Source of the DNA: Octopus sinensis
Lineage: Eukaryota
Direction of reading: 5' to 3'
NCBI RefSeq assembly: GCF_006345805.1
Contig: NC_043011.1
Coordinates: 22,580,464-22,644,463, forward strand
DNA length: 64,000 bases
Shown: in pieces, positions 1-11,775 of the stretch
Layout: every line of letters begins with the position of its first letter
Numbering within the stretch: position 1 is the stretch's first letter
The notes under the pieces: generated by a model
Database searches by the model: none
Told to the model about the DNA's origin: nothing
The model's input: only the letters and a program-made list of their open reading frames with translations
Program-made: the position numbers and the translations under genes

Positions 1-144
1 GATATAATACGGCTTTAAAAAACATAAATTCACGAATATCCTTAACTCAGTTATAGTCCAATATCTAATTACCAAATTATTTAACAAAATAATCACTATT
101 CATATTTTTAAATTTAAATTTAAGTCCAAAACTGAATATGAAAC

Positions 145-705
145 TTACAGGGTACACTGGTCCACAAGGAATTACAATCCCAGAGCCTAAATCAGTGAGG
201 GACCTGGGTATCGGCATGAGTGATGATAACTCTTTCCAAATGAACATCAGGACGGCGACAAAGTGCAGGCGACTGGCTGGCTGGCTGGATCCTGAGAACA
301 CTCAGAACCAGAGATAAGGAAATCATGACGGTCCTTTGGAGGACATTCGTCCTCAGCCGCCTAGATTACTGCTCCCAGCTATGGTCACCCAACAGTGTAA
401 AATTAACAGCGGACCTTGAAGCAATCCAGCGAAGCTTCACAAAAAAGATCGTCTCTTTGCAACAGCTCAGCTACTGGAAAAGGCTGAAACAGCTAAGACT
501 CTACTCCCTGGAGCGAAGGTATGCAGTAATATACATCTGGAAGATCCTGGAAGGAATTGTGCCAAATTTTAGCATTGAAAGCTACACCAATGCCAGAACG
601 GGTTGTCACTGCACAGTGCCAAAGATCCCAGCAATGCCATCGAGCTTCAGGAAGGTTACTGCAACAGCCTGGGTTTCAGGTGCCCACAGTTTTTTAATAT
701 ACTCA
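145..705 (+). mobile_element. CR1/L2-clade LINE, decayed 3' ORF2 fragment
   Basis: Translation gives PKSVRDLGI (end of RT), then after a frameshift FVLSRLDYCSQLWSP...LEAIQRSFTKKI...LSYWKRLKQLRLYSLERR, the typical post-RT region of CR1/L2 ORF2. Confidence 0.85.
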
Positions 706-977
706 TTTTAATATACTCTTAAATCTAATTGTAACAGCTAGATTTAAGAGTATGACATATTTCTAGCTATTATATCCAATTAAATCCAACCTCCCTAATA
801 TTATTAGTCTTAGAGAATTTTTCAGAGTATTTTATTTATGTTATTCCCATAATACTTCGCGCATGACAGAGGGAGCAGCCATTTACACAGGAATGAGAAG
901 GAGTAAACATTATATCGATAAGTATACTTCCTTTGTTAATTTTTTTTACTAGAGTTTTGTACTAGTTTTATTCAATA

Positions 978-1047
978 CTAGCAGTATCGTCCGGCGTTGC
1001 TCGGGTTTGTAAGGGAAATAACTATATAAGCATTTTTAGAGAGTTAT
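978..1047 (-). mobile_element. Helitron 3' terminal fragment (family H2)
   Basis: Minus strand ends ...acaaacccgagcaacgccggacgatactgCTAG|T: a GC hairpin followed by CTAG, near-identical to the terminus at 22262. Confidence 0.7.
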
Positions 1048-1573
1048 AGACACCGCTAGAATAAGTACTAGGCTTACAAAGAATAAGTCTTGGGGTCGAT
1101 TTGCTGGACTAAATGCGGTGCTCCAGATTGGCCGCAGTCAAATGACTGAAACAACTAAAAGAAAAAATATATATATCTATATGTTATATATATATGTGTG
1201 TGTGTGTGTGTGTGGTGTGTGTATGATAATAATATAAATATATGCATATATACATACATATATGTACATACCTACATATATATATATATATGTAGGTATG
1301 TACAATATGTATGTATATATGCATATATTTATATTATGTAGGTATGTACATATATGTATGTATATATGCATATATTTATATTATTATCATATATATATAT
1401 ATATATACACACACACATATATATATATATATATAACATATAGATATATATATATTTTTTCTTTTAGTTGTTTCAGTCATTTGACTGCGGCCATCTGGAG
1501 CACCGCATTTAGTCCAGCAAATCGACCCCAAGACTTATTCTTCGTAAGCCTAGTACTTATTCTAGCGGTGTCT
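1048..1573. repeat. Near-perfect ~525-bp palindrome centred on a (TA)n run
   Basis: 1048-1175 is the reverse complement of 1450-1573 (1 substitution, 1 indel, shared non-consensus SINE variants). The microsatellite interior is also mirrored about ~1284. Confidence 0.9.
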
Positions 1574-1742
1574 TTTGCCGAACTGCTAAGTTACGGGGAC
1601 GTAAATACACCACCATCGGTTGTCAAGCGATGTTAGGGGGACAAACACAGATACACAAATATATACGCACACACATACACATACACATATATATATATTT
1701 AGATATATACGACGGGCTTCTATCAGTTTCCGTCTATCAAAA
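1455..1742 (-). mobile_element. SINE-A, 3' two-thirds
   Basis: Matches the SINE-A body and tail seen in full-length copies (e.g. 11328-11775). Confidence 0.85.
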
Positions 1743-1788
<46 letters not shown>

Positions 1789-2087
1789 GCATATATGGGT
1801 ACAGGATATTAAAAAACGTACACAGAATGAGAAACGAGAACATAAAAAACAAAAACATAGACAAACGAACTTTTTTCCGAACAACTCACGGAGCCGCGCA
1901 GCAGGATTGAACCCGAAATCACATAGTTGCAAAGCGAGCCTTCTTAACCACATTGCCATGCCTAGCATTTTCAATGTTTCTTGGGAAATATTTTGAAGTA
2001 CACAATTTCCTCGTTTCTCTTTAGTTACAAATATAAAACTTCCCAATTATGAAAGTAAATTATAATACGAAATTTTAAGGACTAATA

Positions 2088-2987
2088 CAGAGAGGAGTAA
2101 CACCCTCGACTATCAGGGTGTTACGTTCCAAAGCCCCACGCGATAGGTGAAAATCCGCAAAGCAGAAACACTACTGTATGTATATATTTTAAATATTTTT
2201 ATAATTTGTATATATTTATTTTATTCTTTTCTACTCAAGGCGCAAAATTTTCTACTGTAGGCCCGAAAATTTTGAGCAGGGTGCCAGTCGATTAGGTCGA
2301 CACCAGTACGCAGCTGGTATTTAATTTTAATTACCGTGTTTGTGCTGTGCAGTACTGTACTGTATTTTTATATATTAATTTATTAATTTTTAGGCGTGAA
2401 AATGCTTATTTTTACCACAGAAATAATTAAATTCTAAAAACAGGCGCAGGAGTGGCTGTGTGGTAAGTAGCTTGTTTACCAACCACATGGTTCTGGGTTC
2501 AATCCCACTGCGTGACACCTTGGGCAAGTGTTTTCTACTATAGCTTCGGGCCGACCAAAGCCTTGTGAGTGGATTTGGTAGACAGAAACTGAAAGAAGCC
2601 CGTCGTATATATGTATATATGTATGCGTGTGTGTGTTTGTGTGTCTGTGTTTGTCCCCCTAGCATTGCTTGACAACCGATGCTGGTGTGTTTATATCCCC
2701 GTTACTTAGCGGTTCGGCAAAAGAGACCGATAGAATAAGTACTGGGCTTACAAAAGAATAAGTCCCGGGGTCGATTTGCTCGATTAAAGGCGGTGCTCCA
2801 GCATGGCCGCAGTCAAATGACTGAAACAAATAAAAGAGTAAAAGAGTATAAAAGAGTATACCTATCGGCCGCAGAAACCCGCGATATACTGAAGAGACCG
2901 CGATATAAATTTACATATATTAGCCAAAAAAATCCACGATGTACTGAGGGGGCGATAGGTGAACCGCGATATGGCGAGTGATTACTG
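2088..2987. mobile_element. Tigger/pogo-like non-autonomous DNA element interrupted by SINEs
   Basis: TA-flanked ends TA|CAG...ccctcgactatc and ...gcgatatggcgagtgattaCTG|TA with imperfect TIR similarity and repeated ccgcgata motifs; SINE-A inserted at ~2443-2860. Confidence 0.5.
2443..2860 (+). mobile_element. SINE-A, full length (tRNA-derived)
   Basis: Head ggcgcaggagtggctgtgtggtaag with A box and ggttcaatcc B box; central TA/TG microsatellite; (taaaagag)n tail. Confidence 0.9.
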
Positions 2988-3384
2988 TAAACTGTTTGCT
3001 CCACTGAAGTTGTGACACGACTTCAATTCTTGAAGTTGTTTTCAGCCGTTTACATGACTAACGCTTCACTTATAATCTCAGCTGTTTTTGTTGTTGTTTT
3101 TTTTTGTGGTGCCTAAGAAACATCTGAGTGCAACATCTATCATCTGCTTCATCACAGACAAGAACCTATTAAGTTTTCTCATTGGTAAAGATGATTACAT
3201 GCAATCGAGATTCCTACCACGCCCATTCCAAAGGTTGTACTCTTTCGTATTATTGAAATAGATTATTTTGCTGACAACTGCTACACCCCGAATAAGCGAT
3301 CATTCCTCCACGTCTGACGTCTTTGTGGCAAATATAAAAGAAATCATCATCATCAGTAGTAACAGCTGCACCACCGCCACTACC

Positions 3385-3474
3385 ATCGACTTTGCCTTTC
3401 TTTCTTTCGGGGTCGATATAATCGACTATACCCCTCCCCACCAAATTTCAGACCTTGTGCCTCTAGTAGAAAGG

Positions 3475-3527
<53 letters not shown>

Positions 3528-3741
3528 GGCGGCGATCTGGCAGAATCGTTAGCACGCAGAGAAAAATGCTTGTCAGCATTTTGTCCGACTTTACGTTCTG
3601 AGTTCAAATTTCGCCGATGTAGATTCTGCTTTTCATCCTTTCGAGGTCGATAGAATAAGTGCCAGTTGAGTATTAGAGCCGATGTGATCGACTAGCTCCT
3701 CAAAATTTCAGGTTTTGCGCCTATAGTAGAAAGGTTTATTA
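3385..3741 (+). mobile_element. Tandem older SINE-B copies separated by (TTA)n tails
   Basis: A 3' half at ~3385-3525 and a full copy at ~3526-3741, both ending gtgcc(t)atagtagaaagg(a/t)ttatt. Confidence 0.8.
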
Positions 3742-4438
3742 TCTATATACTATCAAAAGTGAAATTCAATCTTGCTTGCTTGCTTGCAATGTTACACAGC
3801 CAAATTGGCACATAATGGGAAAATACTTTGAAGTTAAAGTGTCCCTGAAATGTCAATACGAACGAAATAAAACAAGTTTCGGGCAAATTGGACCACTAGT
3901 TATTGAGATATTCAGTGTTTTGTGGTATAATACCCAAAACGGTGCATAATGGGGAAATACTCCGAAAATAGCTTCACCCTGAAAGGGAAGAAACTCTAAC
4001 CTTTCCATTAGACACATTATGATAAGCAAAATATTTTAAAGTGAAAATGACTTTAAAAATACGGTAAATATTTCGTAAAAGACCCGTTAGTAACCTCGGT
4101 GTGAAATAGTTTTTTTCCATAGGTTTCTTTATAGTGTCTCCAACGTATCGCACCACCAAAGATTTGGCTGCTATTTCTAGCATACCCTGCCACCACCTAA
4201 CAGCTATTTGCGATAAAGGACCCGAAATACCTGTTACGTAGTAGCTGGGCGTGCAGGAAATAACAGTCAAATCTTTCTTTTTCTGGGCAAAGGAGCCGTT
4301 TACGCGTGATTTCGATGTCACATTCGTTGAAAGCATGCGAAATAACTTCGAAAAGAAGAAGAAGAGAACCACGAAAGAAATCTCTGTTATTGGAAAGCTC
4401 AGACTTCCCCGGTGACCCAACGGGTCACGGTAGTCTAG
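3742..4438 (+). mobile_element. Non-autonomous Helitron (family H1), complete
   Basis: A|TCTATATACTAT 5' end; 3' hairpin gtgaccc-aac-gggtcac then CTAG|T; inserted between A and T with no TSD; second copy at 62517-63186. Confidence 0.9.
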
Positions 4439-4444
4439 TTATTA

Positions 4445-4560
4445 AGGCGTTAAGCTGGCAGAATCGTTAGCACGCCGGGAAAAATGTTTAGCGGGATTTC
4501 GTCCGTATTTACGTTCTGAGTTCAAATTCCGCCGAGGTCCACTTTGCCTTTCAACCTTTC
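4445..4560 (+). mobile_element. SINE-B 5' half
   Basis: aaggcgttaagctggcagaatcgttagcacgccggg...gagttcaaattccgccgagg, truncated at a (CA)n tract. Confidence 0.8.
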
Positions 4561-4806
4561 GCGCACACACACACACACACACACACACGCGCGCGCGCGT
4601 ATGTGTGTCTGTGTTTGTACCCCACCACCGCTTGTCAACTGATGTTGGTGTGTTAACGTACCTGTAACTTAACGATTCGGCAAGAGACATAAAATAAGTA
4701 CCAGGCTCAAAAAAAAAAAAAAAAAAAACAAGTACTGGGGTCGATTCATTCGATGCCCCAGTATGGCCGAAGTCTAATGAGTGAAACAAGTAAAAGAAAA
4801 ATGATA

Positions 4807-5212
4807 GTGGCTGTGTGGTAAGTAGCTTGCTAACCAGCCATATGGTTCCGGGTTCAGTCCCACTGCGTGGCATCTTGGGTAAGTGTCTTCTGCTATAGCC
4901 CCGAGCCGACCAATGCCTTGTGAGTGGATTTGGTAGACGGAAACTGAAAGAAGCCTGTCGTATATATGTATATATATATATGTATGTGTGTGTATGTGTT
5001 TGTGTGTCTGTGTTTGTCTCCCTAACATTGCTTGACAACCGATGCTGGTGTGTTTACGTCCCCGTCACTTAGCGGTTCGGCAAAAGAGACCGACAGAATA
5101 AGTACTGGGCTTACAAAAGAATAAGTCCCGGGGTCGAGTTGCTCGATTAAAGGTGGTGCTCCAGCATGGCCGCAGTCAAATGACTGAAACAAGTAAAAGA
5201 GTAAAAGAGAGA
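4807..5212 (+). mobile_element. SINE-A (slightly 5'-truncated)
   Basis: Matches the SINE-A consensus from gtggctgtgtggtaag to the taaaagag tail. Confidence 0.9.
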
Positions 5213-5606
5213 GAGTTATCTTGACTGCCTGCCAAGTTAGCTTTTCGAGTATCTTTTGCTCAGTACGAATTTCAGACATACCTGACAAATTAACTTGTAA
5301 GCAGCCTGGTAAAGCAGACCAAGAAATGCTACGAATTGAGCTGTAGAGCACTAACCATATAAAAGAACTTCGGGTGATCAAGTCGATAGATTTTCCTATC
5401 AGCTACATAGCTTCCTTTCAGTGTTGTTTAGCTCGTGATTAAGACTTTTCATACTCAACGACCTTGCTCACTTATTCACGAAGTAGCTATCACGGTCAAC
5501 CAGTTTATATCATTACTAGTTTGCCATGCTGAGAGTACTTACTATAAGCAACTACGGGTCGTCTCATATATCAGATTCCCTTTAAAGCTCAGCAAGAGAA
5601 AGTAAT

Positions 5607-5665
<59 letters not shown>

Positions 5666-6316
5666 CAGAGAGAGACAGAGAGAGAGAGAGACAGAGAGAG
5701 AGAGAGAATGGAGAGGGAGAAATTGAGAAATTTAGAGGAAAGAATAGAAGAAAAAAAAACTAAGAAAAGGAATCTGATCCAAATTATTTTCTCATTATTA
5801 ACGAGCCACCCGCCTCACACACCATCATCAGACGTGTGTGGTGACGTTGCTGAACATCAGATATTGTATTTCGACGTAGAAATATGGCAGATCAGAACGT
5901 TACTCGAGAGGAAAAGACAAAAACACGAAATATTTCTTGCACTAGTTGAAAAATGTAATGCATTCACGCACACACACACACACACACGTACATACAACAA
6001 CGACTCTCCGTAGATTATATAAACACACACACACACAGACATACACACACACACACACACACACGCGCGCGCGCGTATGTGTGTCTGTGTTTGTACCCCA
6101 CCACCGCTTGTCAACTGATGTTGGTGTGTTAACGTACCTGTAACTTAACGATTCGGCAAGAGACATAAAATAAGTACCAGGCTCAAATAAGTACCAGGCT
6201 CAAAGAAAAAAAAAAAAACAAGTACTGGGGTCGATTCATTCGACTAAAAATTTTTCATGGCGATGCCCCAGTATGGCCGAAGTCTAATGAGTGAAACAAG
6301 TAAAAGAAAAATGATA

Positions 6317-6722
6317 GTGGCTGTGTGGTAAGTAGCTTGCTAACCAGCCATGTGGTTCCGGGTTCAGTCCCACTGCGTGGCATCTTGGGTAAGTGTCTTC
6401 TGCTATAGCCCCGGGCCGACCAATGCCTTGTGAGTGGATTTGGTAGACGGAAACTGAAAGAAGCCTGTCGTATATATGTATATATATATATGTATGTGTG
6501 TGTATGTGTTTGTGTGTCTGTGTTTGTCTCCCTAACATTGCTTGACAACCGATGGTGGTGTGTTTACGTCCCCGTCACTTAGCGGTTCGGCAAAAGAGAC
6601 CGACAGAATAAGTACTGGGCTTACAAAAGAATAAGTCCCGGGGTCGAGTTGCTCGATTAAAGGTGGTGCTCCAGCATGGCCGCAGTCAAATGACTGAAAC
6701 AAGTAAAAGAGTAAAAGAGAGA
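6317..6722 (+). mobile_element. SINE-A (duplicate of 4807-5212)
   Basis: Part of the tandem duplication. Confidence 0.9.
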
Positions 6723-7116
6723 GAGTTATCTTGACTGCCTGCCAAGTTAGCTTTTCGAGTATCTTTTGCTCAGTACGAATTTCAGACATACCTGACAAAT
6801 TAACTTGTAAGCAGCCTGGTAAAGCAGACCAAGAAATGCTACGAATTGAGCTGTAGAGCACTAACCATATAAAAGAACTTCGGGTGATCAAGTCGATAGA
6901 TTTTCCTATCAGCTACATAGCTTCCTTTCAGTGTTGTTTAGCTCGTGATTAAGACTTTTCATACTCAACGACCTTGCTCACTTATTCACGAAGTAGCTAT
7001 CACGGTCAACCAGTTTATATCATTACTAGTTTGCCATGCTGAGAGTACTTACTATAAGCAACTACGGGTCGTCTCATATATCAGATTCCCTTTAAAGCTC
7101 AGCAAGAGAAAGTAAT

Positions 7117-7201
<85 letters not shown>

Positions 7202-7592
7202 CAGAGAGAGAGAGAGAATGGAGAGGGAGAAATTGAGAAATTTAGAGGAAAGAATAGAAGAAAAAAAAACTAAGAAAAGGAATCTGATCCAAATTATTTT
7301 CTCATTATTAACGAGCCACCCGCCTCACACACCATCATCAGACGTGTGTGGTGACGTTGCTGAACATCAGATATTGTATTTCGACGTAGAAATATGGCAG
7401 ATCAGAACGTTACTCGAGAGGAAAAGACAAAAACACGAAATATTTCTTGCACTAGTTGAAAAATGTAATGCATTCACGCACACACACACACACACACGTA
7501 CATACAACAACGACTCTCCGTAGATTATATAAACACACACACACACAGACATACACACACACACACACACCACACACGCACGCACATCTGCG

Positions 7593-8545
7593 TATGGTTG
7601 TAGGTTGGATTGTATGTGATCGTACGTGCGCGGATATGTGTGATAGAAGCTCAACGCAGTTACTAAGTTACGTTTGTGTTGGTTTATAGTACTTTGCAAG
7701 CTACTATAAATTCTCCATCCCTTCCTTAGCTTATCCTCCATAGTTTGTTTTTCATCATCGTCATCATCATCTCCGCCACCACAGCAACCACCCTCCTCCT
7801 CCTCCTCATCATCATCATCTATATTATTATCGTTGCCTTCATAGCATATATATATATATATATATATATATCGCCGTGATCGACCAGGCTATCAGATGTT
7901 GTTACACATCGCTGGTCACAATGCACTTCGCATTGTTTTAGCTTTCAAATGACGCCACCCCGCTGGCTAAGCGAGCAGGCCAACAGAAGAAAGAGTAAGA
8001 GAAAGTTGTGGCGAAAGAGTACAGCAGGGATCGCCACCACCCCCTGACGGAGCTTCGTGGAGCTTTAGGTGTTTTCGCTCAATAAACACTCACAACACCC
8101 GGTCTGGGAATCGAAACCGCGATCCTACGACCGCGAGTCCGCTGCCCTGACCACTGGGCCATTGCGCCTCCATATATATATATATATATATATATCATCA
8201 TCATCATCATCATCATCGTAATTGTCATCGTTATCATCATCATCACCAGCAGCAGCAACGCTATCACACACGGACCGGTTAAGCTGCTTGGGGTATTATA
8301 TTCCATGATCGAAGGCGTTGCAGCCGTGACCATTGTGGCTTTACCTATGAGCCTGGAACGCAGGACCACGTTTTCCAGCACATTTTATCGATGACATAAT
8401 TTTTATTCTCATACTTTACACATCTCGTTTCTTTCAAATAATATGCAATGGTCATTACATACTTTTCCTTATGGTTGTAGGTTGGATTGTATGTGATCGT
8501 ACGTGCGCGGATATGTGTGATAGAAGCTCAACGCAGTTACTAAGT
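7593..8545 (+). repeat. Perfect 76-bp direct repeat pair (7593-7668 and 8470-8545)
   Basis: tatggttgtaggttggattgtatgtgatcgtacgtgcgcggatatgtgtgatagaagctcaacgcagttactaagt occurs twice, 801 bp apart. Confidence 0.95.
7871..8171 (-). mobile_element. SINE-C (tRNA-derived), tail type 1
   Basis: Head ggaggcgcaatggcccagtggtcagggcagcggactcgcggtcgtaggatcgcggtttcgattccc with A/B boxes; core shared with 48834 and 50510. Confidence 0.9.
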
Positions 8546-8959
8546 CACTAACTGATACGCGCGTGCACACACACACACACATAGCAAAAAAAAAAAAAAA
8601 AAAAAAAAACCAAATACAAAAACGAAATACTGGGAATCACATACAACGCCTTCACAATATTCTCTATAACGTAGAAAAGAAAGCATAAAAACTCACGAAC
8701 AAACAGAGAAAGCAACAATAGCAATGGCGCACATGCAGCACATTGGAGCCAGCATTGACGAAGCTTGTTTGCTGAATCGGAAAAATTACTTCGTGGTATT
8801 TTTTCCCGGCTTTTTATTTTCCAAATTCAATCAATTTCCGCATTATTTTAAGCTGAACCCGCAGGGTTAAAATAATGTACAAGTCTTGAACTGGGTTGAA
8901 GGTGTCGACTAACCCTCTCTACTCAGAACTGCTGGACTTGTGCCTATATCAGAAACCAT

Positions 8960-9953
8960 TATTACTATCATTTTTATTACTATCATTATTGGGTGAGAGA
9001 GCAGTGCATGTCATCGAAGTGACATCATCATCATCATTGTTCGACCGTGATCGAGACAATGGAATTTACCATGCTACGCCAGACTTCATGGTCCATCATG
9101 GCATTACGGAGGTCATGTTGCTGGATGCCTGTATCCCTGGAGATTACATCAGGGTAGGAGAGTGTGCGCTCTCTGGTATTGCGAGTAGATGGCTTCCAGA
9201 AGAGAAGAGTAGAAATTACCTCTTTTTCAGCTCTACAACAATGTCCAGCAAACTGGACTCTCCTACCTTTCACAAGAGATGACACGGGTGGTAGTTTCCC
9301 ATATATTTGCATTTTGGTTGGATGGCGCTTCCACGAGAGATTTTGAGCTCTCATAAGGAGGCGAGTGTAGGTTCCATCCAACCGCCTCTCAAGCTTCTTT
9401 GATAATGTCCAGGTTTCTGAGCCATATAGTAGAATTGGTTCGATTGTGGCTTTGAAAATTTCAAGTTTGAAGTCTCTACTTAGATTTGATGACCAGATCT
9501 TATGCATTAAAATATACGAAGCCCAGTACACACATCATGACTAGCCGTCTGATAAGGGTACACCAGACACGTTCATCACAACCATATGTGCGCGACATGG
9601 TGACCTTATATCAAGATAAACATTGCATGACCTTGCAGGTGGGACCCAGTCAGAATTTTCTTCAGGTCGAGTAGCCCATCCCGCTCAAAAGGTCCCTGAA
9701 TAATTTTCCTCAACACGTGGTTGTGATGCTCCCCCACTACTCCTGCTCGTGATCAGAGATGCACATATTGTCAGTTATCAGCGGACATTCTCAACTGGTT
9801 AAGGTCAAGCAACTAACAAGCAAACCTGTGGTACTGAGCAGAAAATTTATTGTAGCCCATCTTTTATACCAAGACAAAACATGTACATGATAACACTTCC
9901 AATCAGATAAGATCAGAAACCATGAGAGCCAGTGCTTGATACTGCATCAGGGC

Positions 9954-9960
<7 letters not shown>
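8960..9960 (-). mobile_element. Unclassified interspersed retro-repeat with (AAT)n end, interrupted by an RTE fragment
   Basis: Non-coding arms ~9510-9960 and ~8960-9022 flank the RTE piece; they resemble an abundant octopus repeat (recall only). Confidence 0.4.
9023..9510 (-). mobile_element. RTE-clade LINE 3' end
   Basis: ORF 9034-9531: KLEIFKATIEPILLYGSETWTLSKKLERRLDGTYTRLL...RRVQFAGHC, ending at a stop followed by a (TGA)n tail. Confidence 0.9.
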
Positions 9961-9987
<27 letters not shown>

Positions 9988-10176
9988 GTTGTTGTTGTTG
10001 TTGTTACGTAATGGCGGTGTTAGTGAGAATAAATAAAAAGAGAGTAAATGCTATGATTAATATATTTTTGTTAGTGATAACAGATGTAGCCCCACTGTCA
10101 AATGGGGAGTACACAATACAAAATCTATTATTATGACTATATATATTCCGAATTCGTGTGAATGTGTATAGAATAA

Positions 10177-10713
10177 TATATCAGTTGAATAAAGTTAAAG
10201 CATGGTCTGGTTTTCACGTTTTTTATTATGATGTTTAACAGAAATAACAACAATAATATAACAACCAGTTAATGATGTGGGTTAAAATATCTTTAACATA
10301 TGAATATAAACAAATTACAGAAGTCTGCCACCAACTGAAATAAAAACGATCGAAACCAACTAAGTTTGCTCACTCATAAAATGATTACATGCAAACCGCA
10401 AGCTTATTGGTTAAGAAAAAGGCGGGATCTATGCCAGTAATATCGGTACGCCTGGCAAACCATGACGTTTAAGCTGCATGCGGATTGGTCAAAACCGTAT
10501 TCCAAAAATTCAGCTTATTGAAGAGTTCAAAATGGTACAACAGTTGTCAAGAACTCAACTGTCAGTTAAATGCATTCTGAAATCTGATGATTACTACGAA
10601 CGTATGAAAGCGCTGATTGAGCATTATGAACATTGCAAAATATTTATAACGTTAAATACATAATAAAAAAACGTGAAAACCAGCCCATGCTTTAACTTTA
10701 TTCAACTGATATA
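10177..10713. mobile_element. MITE-like element with ~54-bp terminal inverted repeats
   Basis: 10177-10230 versus 10659-10713 reverse complement: 1 mismatch and one T-run length difference; TA context at both ends (Tc1/mariner-type). Confidence 0.8.
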
Positions 10714-10716
10714 CAT

Positions 10717-10777
<61 letters not shown>

Positions 10778-10964
10778 GTTGTTAAATGCTCGAAATACGA
10801 GACTAGAAAAACAGTCAACAACTGATGAAGGGTCGTTCTTTGTGTTGTTTGTTTTGTTTTCTATTTGTGTCTTTCGTTGTTCGATAGAATAGTTCATGTT
10901 CCATGTACTTGTCCTTCGTACTTTTTTGCTGTACAGGTTTCATGACGTCCTGTGCCCACATATG

Positions 10965-11024
<60 letters not shown>

Positions 11025-11327
11025 GTATAGATTTAAATATATACATATACGTATGTATATATGCATGTATATATTATATATATTATATATATAGTTACTT
11101 GTGAGGGCTTATCAATTCGGGCAAAATATTCCATAAGCTCTCTGTTAGTACACCAAGCTAACAGCACTACTTAAAAAGCTTTAAGACAAATTTACGGCAA
11201 TAAAGAATAAATTTCTAATGACTATTATTCATATCTTCTCTTATATATTCTTTTGTTTCAGACATTCGACTGCGGTCATGCTGGAGCACCACCTTGATAT
11301 ATATATATTTTTAATTTTGTTATTATA

Positions 11328-11775
11328 GGCGCAGGAGTGGCTGTGTGGTAAGTAGCTTGTTTACCAACCACATGGCTCCGGGTTCAGTCCCACTGCGTGG
11401 CACCTTGGGCAAGTGTCTTCTACTATAGCCTCGGGCCGACCAAAGCCTTGTGAGTGGATTTGGTAGACGGAAACTGAAAGAAGCCTGTCGTATATGATAT
11501 ATATATATATTATATATATATGTGGTGTGTGTGGTGTGGGTGTGTGGGTGTGTGTTTGTGTGTCTGTGTTTGTCCCCCTAGCATTGCTTGACAACCGATG
11601 CTGGTGTGTTTATGTCCCCGTTACTTAGCGGTTCGGCAAAAGCGACCGATAGAATAAGTACTGGGCTTACAAAAGAATAAGTCCCGGGGTCGAGTTGCTG
11701 GATTAAAGGCGGTGCTCCAGCATGGTCGCAGTCAAATGACTGAAACAAGTAAAAGAGTAAAAGAGAGTAAAAGAG
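11328..11775 (+). mobile_element. SINE-A, full length
   Basis: Complete head, body and (taaaagag)n tail. Confidence 0.92.

Larger units (their letters stand above)
4563..7580 (+). repeat. Tandem duplication of a ~1.5-kb unit (two copies)
   Basis: The ORF track repeats with a 1510 offset (5022/6532, 5708/7218); unit boundaries lie in (CA)n tracts at ~4563, ~6045 and ~7575. Confidence 0.95.

Noticed and set aside
2443-2520. tRNA-like A/B-box sequences at the SINE-A/B/C heads
   Set aside because: No complete cloverleaf, and each is attached to a SINE body; not tRNA genes.
3974-4420. 148-aa minus-strand ORF
   Set aside because: It lies inside the non-autonomous Helitron, has no Rep/helicase motifs, and is not preserved as a comparable ORF in the second copy.
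5708-6013. 101-aa ORF MEREKLRNLEERIEEKK (and its copy at 7218-7523)
   Set aside because: It starts in an (AG)n tract and ends in (CA)n, has no recognisable domain, and recurs only through the tandem duplication.
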